The notes below the pieces were generated by a model. It was not told where the DNA came from. It saw only the letters and a program-made list of their open reading frames with translations, and ran no database searches. A program made the translations under genes and the position numbers. Positions 58,501 to 64,000 of a stretch of DNA of 64,000 nt are shown one piece after another. This DNA is from Longimicrobiales bacterium (GTDB taxonomy: Bacteria; Gemmatimonadota; Gemmatimonadetes; Longimicrobiales; Gaopeijiaceae). Position 1 is the first letter of the stretch, and each line of letters opens with the position of its first letter. The stretch is from contig OZ241892.1 of the NCBI GenBank assembly GCA_965203485.1, positions 896,001 to 960,000 on the forward strand. Direction: 5' to 3'.

Positions 58501-59173
58501 GACGACGGAGACCGACGCGGGCGGGGAATACGAGTTCAAAAGCCTTCCGGAGGGGACGTATCGCGTTGTGGGCGCGGAGGCGGACGGCTATCGCCTGTGC
58601 TCGAGGCATGCAACAGGCCCGGACGCCGCGGGCAAGTGCAGCACGTCCGGCACGTCCCCGGCCCTGGCGAGGTCGGTGGACGTCACGACGACGGCGGTGG
58701 CGGCGAACCGGACTTACGAGCGCGACGCGACGTTGCCGTATTGGGACCCTTGGGCCTACCAGGTCGCGAGCCAGGGCGACGACACGGACTTCGTGGTGCT
58801 GTTCAAGAACAGCCGCCTGACCGGGAACGCGATCTTCATCGACACCAACCCGACGCCTCACGACACGAGCTACGCAGGCCACGAGGTGCGCGCGTACCTG
58901 TGCAGCGCGTGGACGGGCGCTAACACCGTGGGCAACAGGTGCACTAGGTTCCCGAACAACGGCCGGCCGGACGAAACGACGACGACGGACTCGGAGGGGG
59001 ATTGGGAGATGACCGGGTTGCAGGAAGGCGTCTACCGCGTTTCGGTCGACGTTCCGCAGGGCTATACGTCGGTCCCCGCGACGCTCGAGACGTCAGAACC
59101 CGCCGACGGTCGCCCGGCGATGAGAGGCGACGGAGCCCGGACGCGGAACCTGAACTTCGTGGTGTCCAACTAG
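55553..59173 (+). CDS. Large surface lipoprotein, copy 1 (about 1206 aa), with tandem carboxypeptidase-regulatory/Cna-B/SdrD-B-like beta-sandwich domains
   Basis: RBS GGGGAG; lipobox PLAA-C20; ~85-87 aa repeats starting at 55640, 55895, 56156 and 56417 (G-x-Y-x-F-x-G-L-x-x-G-x-Y-x-V); acidic Ca-loop-like motifs (DEVTNNNEMDEGE, NDYDADGVADDEE). Confidence 0.85.
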   Translation: MNRVKQMAGALMLLVPLAACDEGTPPPPTGSIEGTVSIEGTGADGVTVTLSNGTTATTAGGGAYRFAGVEGGSYTVTISGYPSDASFDATQASAVIATANQVVRLNFTGSYIRTSSILGDVTVEGVGQAGVTVTLSGMSDGTTRTSAEGSYAFTGLRAGTYTVEVSGFDSDAYSFSNTSESATVGVGASAEVDFAGTHIRTASIRGTVTVAGEGLEGVLVSLSGVSEATRTTDGAGSYEFTGLQAGSYTVAISGFDAEQYGFSVTTRNEDLSVGERANLNFEGTALRTASVTGRLFIDEVTNNNEMDEGEAPLEVAGVKVVLVGPLVGDADTTTTDAKGTYGFDSLVMGNYRVRIDQADTTAKLPAYVAYGGPADGYLVSVETGSSAKTQDFPYDITRQTVKVKAMFAADTTAAGMGGPAAGVTIDLHATSGEAQAGDSGALGRKKTDSTGYVTFMFDRDDDKGPGGGLVYARATAPAGTALEGAVTIPIEYEPMNHEAAASSMFMVLSTRAILEFSVVNRSNDGESGGDPMAGWTVHVWNDSASASLKDTATAAPDTTLASAAKTGKVAVTYNGVERDQKYYIRLPGGTPEVSGESQDTSVTKGEEFKLTVMAGAGGKAMTMALDADSKTAATPFLVYEHTGLALPAAKMDLGEVAVTFTTQTLVVGVHHERDDIEGFTNIDPGDTRPSRADDGDADNDIDSDIVISLAVPDSLRGYPVPLKDENGQDIDYDRNPKTNVYADYGRDDGLVRYEGLPSDVNLIVEAEFLNTKIGISPERLNVFGKDVDTEKTATTGAFGGAGGLMPVVQFCPQKFEPGAPESLCSTFAYKFKSGVIDVLAHSKTYTESDSVPAAGIAVKVRRIKGLGATSPKPDTTGASGAAEFLNLVDGTYVVTATPDEAGNWDFDWGPDTVVVLGGTHAEVTNLNTASDPLHVVATYQKTKIQGTVVNDYDADGVADDEETRAGLEVSAQRKSGTRYSTVATTETDAGGEYEFKSLPEGTYRVVGAEADGYRLCSRHATGPDAAGKCSTSGTSPALARSVDVTTTAVAANRTYERDATLPYWDPWAYQVASQGDDTDFVVLFKNSRLTGNAIFIDTNPTPHDTSYAGHEVRAYLCSAWTGANTVGNRCTRFPNNGRPDETTTTDSEGDWEMTGLQEGVYRVSVDVPQGYTSVPATLETSEPADGRPAMRGDGARTRNLNFVVSN

Positions 59174-59187
59174 GCAGTCGAGGAAGG

Positions 59188-59233
59188 GCCGGCGCCGGCC
59201 CCTCGGGAAATTCGCCGAGGGGTCGGCGTCGGC
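59188..59233 (+). terminator. Strong GC-rich hairpin after copy 1 (no U-tract)
   Basis: GCCGGCGCCGGCCCCTCGG / CCGAGGGGTCGGCGTCGGC. Confidence 0.6.
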
Positions 59234-59389
59234 AAGCTGGACCCCGGGGCGCCGCCGGGCCGGAGAGCGACTCGATTCGAGGAAAGGGACGAAAATTGCA
59301 ATGCACACGAGTCTTTCCGGCACTATGAAGAATCCGCGATTTGGCTTCGATCTTGTTTGCCAGAAACGATTTAGCGTTCTTGGCAGTTG

Positions 59390-59405
59390 TGGCGCCGATC
59401 TTGCT
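59390..59405 (+). promoter_or_regulatory. Sigma54 (-24/-12) promoter motif upstream of lipoprotein copy 2
   Basis: TGGCGCCGATCTTGCT. Confidence 0.7.
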
Positions 59406-59516
59406 GGAAATAGCGGGGCAGTACCGGAAAACCGGTTTCAACGAGTTGCTGGGGCCGATCGGGCGCACCGCCCGGCGGAACCCAGGCGACGAACCTCCAT
59501 TCCAACGGGGAGAAGC

Positions 59517-62500
59517 ATGAACAGAGTGAAGCAGATGGCGGGGGCGCTGATGTTGCTGGTGCCGCTGGCGGCGTGCGACGAGGGCACGCCTCCTCCGCCG
59601 ACGGGCTCGATCGAGGGCACGGTGTCGATCGAGGGCACGGGAGCGGACGGCGTGACGGTGACGTTGAGCAACGGCACGACGGCGACGACGGCCGGTGGCG
59701 GGGCGTACCGTTTCACGGGCGTCGAGGGCGGGTCGTACACGGTGACGATCAGCGGGTATCCGTCGGACGCGAGCTTCGACGCGACGCAGGCGTCGGCGGT
59801 GATCGCGACGGCGAACCAGGTGGTTCGGCTGAACTTCACGGGTTCGTACATCCGGACGTCGAGCATTTTGGGCGACGTGACGGTGGAGGGCGTGGGGCAG
59901 GCCGGGGTGACGGTGACGCTGTCGGGGATGTCGGACGGGACGACGCGGACGAGCGCGGAGGGGTCGTACGCGTTCACGGGTTTGCGGGCCGGGACGTACA
60001 CGGTGGAGGTGTCGGGGTTCGACAGCGACGCGTACAGCTTTTCGAACACGAGCGAGAGCGCGACGGTGGGCGTGGGCGCGTCGGCGGAGGTGGACTTCGC
60101 GGGCACGCACATCCGGACGGCGAGCATTCGCGGGACGGTGACGGTGGCCGGCGAGGGGCTCGAGGGCGTTCTGGTGAGCTTGAGCGGCGTGTCGGAGGCG
60201 ACGAGGACGACGGACGGCGCGGGCTCGTACGAGTTCACGGGCTTGCAGGCGGGGTCGTACACGGTGGCGATCTCGGGGTTCGACGCGGAGCAGTACGGGT
60301 TCAGCGTGACGACGCGCAACGAGGACTTGAGCGTGGGCGAGAGGGCGAACCTGAACTTCGAGGGCACGGCGTTGCGGACGGCGAGCGTGACGGGCCGCCT
60401 GTTCATCGACGAGGTGAATAGCAACAACAAGATGGATGTCGGCGAGGACCCTCTTGAGGTCGCGGGCGTGAAGGTGGTGCTGGTTGGTCCTTTGGTGGGC
60501 GATGCCGACACGACGACGACGGACGCGAAGGGGATGTACGGGTTCGACTCGTTGCTGATGGGCAGCTACCGCGTGTATGTCGACGTGGCGGCTACGGCGA
60601 AGGACACGACGGTTAAGTTGCCGGCGCATGTGGCTTACGGCGGCGAGAGCAGCTACACACACCGGCTGGCGTCGGGCACGAGTTCGGCGACGCAGGACTT
60701 CGCGTACGACATCACGAGGCAGACGGTGAAGGTGAAGGCGATGTTCGCGGCGGACACGACGGCGGCGGGGATGGGTGGTCCTGCGGCGGGCGTGACGATC
60801 GACCTGCACGCGACGTCCGGTGAGGCCCAGGCGGGCGACTCAGGCGCCCTGGGCCGGAAGAAGACGGACTCGACGGGCTACGTGACGTTCATGTTCGACC
60901 GCGACGACGACAAGGGACCGGGCGGCGGGCTGGTGTACGCGCGGGCCACGGCGCCTGCGGGCACGGCGCTGAAAGGCGCCGTGACGATTCCGATCGAATA
61001 CGAGCCGATGAACCACGAAGCGGCGGCGAGCTCGATGTTCATGGTGCTGAGCACGCGGGCGATTCTGGAGTTCTCGGTGGTGAACCGGAGCAACGACGGC
61101 GAGGGCGGCGGCGACCCGATGGTGGGTTGGACGGTGCACGTTTGGAACGACTCGACGTCGGCTTCGCTGAAGGACACTGCGAAGGCGGCGCCGTCGGACA
61201 CGCTGGCGTCGGCGGCGAAGACGGGCAAGGTCGCGGTGACGTACAATGGGGTGGATCGCGGCCAGAAGTACTACATCCGCCTGCCGGGCGGCACGCCCGA
61301 GGTGTCGGGCGAGAGCCAGGACACGTCGGTCACCAAGGGCGAGGAGTTCAAGCTGACGGTGATGGCGGGCGCCGGCGGCAAGGCGATGACGATGGCGCTC
61401 GACGCGGACAGCAAGACGGCCGCGACGCCGTTCCTGGTGTACGAGCACACCGGGCTGGCGCTTCCGACGGCGAAGATGGACTTGGGGGAGGTCGCGGTGA
61501 CGTTCACCACGCAGACCCTCGTCGTCGGCGTCCACCAGGAGCGCGACAACGTCCCGGGCTTCACCAACATCGCTCCGGGCGATGTCCGGCCCGTAGCCAA
61601 CGATACCCCCGCGGACATCGTGATCTCGCTGGCCGTGCCCGACAGCAGGGGCTACCCGACGGCGATCTTGGACGACGAGGGCCAGGAGATGAACTACGAC
61701 AGGATGCCGGGGGCCGGCACGGGCCTGGTGAGATATCCGAGTCTGGATTCGGAACTCAAGTTGATCGTCGAGGCCGACGCCAGTAATAACAAGAAAATCG
61801 TCACGCCCGACCGTCTCAATGTCTTCGGAGAAGATGTCGACACCGACGCGCACGGAACGACGGGGGCCTTCGGCGAGGCCGGCGGGCTCATGCCTGTCGT
61901 GCACTTCTGCCCGGAGACGACGACCGACGGACCGGCGTACAAGGACGATTGCTCCACGTTCGGCTACAAATTCACGGATGGCTCGATCAGCCGGACTATC
62001 ACTTCCGCCAGTTACGCGGGCGGTGACAGCGTGCCTGCTGCAGGGGTTATAGTTGCCGTCAAGGCGATCGACGGCATCGATGCCCGCTCTCCGAGACCGA
62101 AGAAAGCGAGTGCGGCCGGCGTAGCCTCCTTCGCGGATTTGGTGGACGGCACGTATGAGATTACGGTGATGCCGGACAGCACCGGCAACTGGGATTTCCC
62201 TTCAACGATGCGTCCAGACACATTGGTGCTTCTCGGCGGCTCAGCCGCTGGAGAGCGCTCCTACAGCAACAGCAACGCGAAGCGTATCATCGCCACGTAC
62301 CAGAAGACGAAGATTCAGGGCACGGTGGTGAACGACTACGACGCGGATGGCGTCGCGGACGACGAAGAGACTCGGGCTGGCTTGGCGGTCTCCGCGCAGC
62401 GCAAGAGCGGGACGAAGTACTCGACGGTCGCGACGACGATGACCGACACGGACGGGGAATACGAGTTCGAAAACCTTCCGGAAGGGACGTATCGCGTTGC

Positions 62501-63092
62501 GGGCGCCGAGGCAGACGGCTATCGCCTGTGCTCGAGGCATACAACAGGCACGAACGCCGCAGGCGTTTGCAGCACGTCCAGTAAACCGGCGCCATCGGTG
62601 GACGTCACGACGACGGCGGTGGCGGCGAACCGGACTTACGAGCGCGACGCGACGTTGCCGTATTGGGACCCTTGGGCCTACCAGGTCGCGAGCCAGGGCG
62701 ACGACACGGACTTCGTGGTGCTGTTCAAGAACAGCCGCCTGACCGGGAACGCGATCTTCATCGACACCAACCCGACGCCTCACGACACGAGCTACGCAGG
62801 CCACACGGTGCGCGCGTACCTGTGCAGCGCGTGGACGGGCGGTAACGCCATGGGCAACAGGTGCACTAGGTTCCCGAACAACGGCCGGCCGGACAAAACG
62901 ACGACGACGGACTCGGAGGGGGATTGGTCGATCACCGGGTTGCAGGAAGGCATCTACCGCGTTTCGGTCGACGTTCCGCAGGGCTACACGTCGGCCCCCG
63001 TGACGCTCGAGACGTCGGAACCCCCCAATCGTCCTGCGATGAGGGGCGACGGAGCCCGGACTCGGAACCTGAACTTCATCGTGTCCAACTAG
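59517..63092 (+). CDS. Large surface lipoprotein, copy 2 (about 1191 aa), paralogue of 55553..59173
   Basis: Identical RBS, signal peptide and lipobox; same domain layout; near-identical blocks alternate with divergent blocks. Confidence 0.85.
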   Translation: MNRVKQMAGALMLLVPLAACDEGTPPPPTGSIEGTVSIEGTGADGVTVTLSNGTTATTAGGGAYRFTGVEGGSYTVTISGYPSDASFDATQASAVIATANQVVRLNFTGSYIRTSSILGDVTVEGVGQAGVTVTLSGMSDGTTRTSAEGSYAFTGLRAGTYTVEVSGFDSDAYSFSNTSESATVGVGASAEVDFAGTHIRTASIRGTVTVAGEGLEGVLVSLSGVSEATRTTDGAGSYEFTGLQAGSYTVAISGFDAEQYGFSVTTRNEDLSVGERANLNFEGTALRTASVTGRLFIDEVNSNNKMDVGEDPLEVAGVKVVLVGPLVGDADTTTTDAKGMYGFDSLLMGSYRVYVDVAATAKDTTVKLPAHVAYGGESSYTHRLASGTSSATQDFAYDITRQTVKVKAMFAADTTAAGMGGPAAGVTIDLHATSGEAQAGDSGALGRKKTDSTGYVTFMFDRDDDKGPGGGLVYARATAPAGTALKGAVTIPIEYEPMNHEAAASSMFMVLSTRAILEFSVVNRSNDGEGGGDPMVGWTVHVWNDSTSASLKDTAKAAPSDTLASAAKTGKVAVTYNGVDRGQKYYIRLPGGTPEVSGESQDTSVTKGEEFKLTVMAGAGGKAMTMALDADSKTAATPFLVYEHTGLALPTAKMDLGEVAVTFTTQTLVVGVHQERDNVPGFTNIAPGDVRPVANDTPADIVISLAVPDSRGYPTAILDDEGQEMNYDRMPGAGTGLVRYPSLDSELKLIVEADASNNKKIVTPDRLNVFGEDVDTDAHGTTGAFGEAGGLMPVVHFCPETTTDGPAYKDDCSTFGYKFTDGSISRTITSASYAGGDSVPAAGVIVAVKAIDGIDARSPRPKKASAAGVASFADLVDGTYEITVMPDSTGNWDFPSTMRPDTLVLLGGSAAGERSYSNSNAKRIIATYQKTKIQGTVVNDYDADGVADDEETRAGLAVSAQRKSGTKYSTVATTMTDTDGEYEFENLPEGTYRVAGAEADGYRLCSRHTTGTNAAGVCSTSSKPAPSVDVTTTAVAANRTYERDATLPYWDPWAYQVASQGDDTDFVVLFKNSRLTGNAIFIDTNPTPHDTSYAGHTVRAYLCSAWTGGNAMGNRCTRFPNNGRPDKTTTTDSEGDWSITGLQEGIYRVSVDVPQGYTSAPVTLETSEPPNRPAMRGDGARTRNLNFIVSN

Positions 63093-63111
63093 GCAGTTGA
63101 GGAAGGACGCC

Positions 63112-63207
63112 ACCGGCCCCTCGGCAGTTCGCCGAGGGGCCGGTCGGCGGAAGCAGGAAGGGCCTGTCCCCGCCCGGTCCGCCGGACGGGGACAGGCCCT
63201 CTTCTTT
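63112..63207 (+). terminator. Double hairpin; the second is a Rho-independent terminator
   Basis: ACCGGCCCCTCGGC/GCCGAGGGGCCGGT, then GGGCCTGTCCCCG/CGGGGACAGGCCC followed by TCTTCTTT. Confidence 0.8.
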
Positions 63208-63332
63208 GGGAATTCCGGCCCGGCCGATCAATCCAAGTCCGCACCGCCGCCGTAGCCGCCCACACGAGGAGCCGGCGGACTGCACCGGACCGCCCGCGCC
63301 ACGGTCTATCCCGTCCCACACGCCGAGCGGAG

Positions 63333-63434
63333 CGCCGTCCGTAGGAAGCCCTGCTGTGCCGCCGCCGGATCCGCGCCATACAGGTACAGCACCTTGGCGG
63401 AGCGCTCGCCGTCCGTGGGAAGCCCTGCTGTACC
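63333..63434. repeat. Direct repeat, 2 x 28 bp, 74-bp period
   Basis: CGCCGTCCGT(A/G)GGAAGCCCTGCTGT(G/A)CC at 63333 and 63407. Confidence 0.65.
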
Positions 63435-64000
63435 CAGGGTCCATCCCCGCCCAGGAAGCCCCAGCCGTCCCGTCAAAGCCCCCAGCGCGGGCCCCTCAGC
63501 TAAAGTTCCGTCTATTCCCGCCTACGGCTTGCTGGCCCCGTTGTCTTGTCCATTCCGCGTCCAGCGTGCTCGACCACCTTCTCGGTCGCAAGACAACCGC
63601 GCCGGACTTTCGAGCGAGACCGGAGGCCGATATACCGCTCAGCCGCACCGTCGCAGGCGCGCGATCCCAGACCAGCGCCGCGCGAGCGGCGTTTGGCCGG
63701 GAAGCCCAGGCGCCCGCTCAGCCGCAGTTGCGCAGGAGTTCCTCCCCGTTTCGCGAGACCCCGACGCGACCCGCGACCACGCGCAACCGCCTCGAGTCTG
63801 CCACTGGCTCGATTCGACGCGACCGGCAACGCGGCCACGCGCCTCGGAGGCTTGCCGCAGCTCCGCCGCGCCGCCGCGATCGCGCACAGATTCGCGTACA
63901 CCGCCATTCGATGTGCCATTTGCCGGTCGACGCCCGACCGGAGCTCCAGCGCGCGCCGTCTCGTCTTGGTCGTCGCGCGGCCGACCAAGCGTCGCCTTAT

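Larger units (their letters stand above)
55538..63110 (+). repeat. Tandem gene duplication, about 3.65-kb units offset by about 3.96 kb
   Basis: Homology runs from CCAACGGGGAGAAGCATG (55538 and 59502) to just past the stop, GTGTCCAACTAGGCAGT-GAGGAAGG. Confidence 0.95.

Noticed and set aside
55049..61957. Antisense ORFs over the lipoprotein genes
   Set aside because: They mirror the biased sense-strand codons and have no independent motifs or start signals
55538..63110. Diversity-generating retroelement (template/variable repeat pair)
   Set aside because: Differences are not adenine-specific, include indels and span whole genes; no reverse transcriptase in the window
63333..63434. CRISPR array
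   Set aside because: Only two repeat copies, no clear palindrome and no cas genes visible
63512..63988. 158-aa minus-strand ORF
   Set aside because: Arg-rich shadow-like composition with no recognisable domain; cannot be supported from this window alone

Overview
High-GC bacterial chromosomal window. Gene content and order suggest Gemmatimonadota, but this is inference only. Most genes are housekeeping. In order: a partial PhzF-family gene; a NodU-type carbamoyltransferase with SxtK/DUF5989-like and SxtJ-like genes and a divergent SAM methyltransferase; an NAD-linked formate dehydrogenase locus (alpha subunit with in-frame UGA and SECIS-like hairpin, so probably a selenoprotein; fused NuoE/NuoF-like subunit; fdhD; fused mobA-mobB); several envelope genes; a dcw cluster from mraZ to ftsZ with MraZ boxes, lacking murB and ddl, whose FtsQ may carry a long Arg-rich N-terminus; an M23 peptidase, a vWA-like membrane protein, ftsY, recG, asnS, a 2-hydroxyacid dehydrogenase and a half-MazG; a run of alr, cdd, lipoprotein, OMP, mtaB-like, miaB, lapA-like and comEC; then fbp. 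The most unusual element is at the right end: two tandem ~1200-aa surface lipoprotein paralogues with repeated Cna-B/SdrD-B-like domains. They are mosaics of near-identical DNA blocks and divergent cassettes, and each has the same sigma54-type promoter motif in otherwise unrelated upstream DNA. No rRNA, tRNA, CRISPR array or transposase was recognised. All calls come from reading motifs by eye, and several start codons are estimates.
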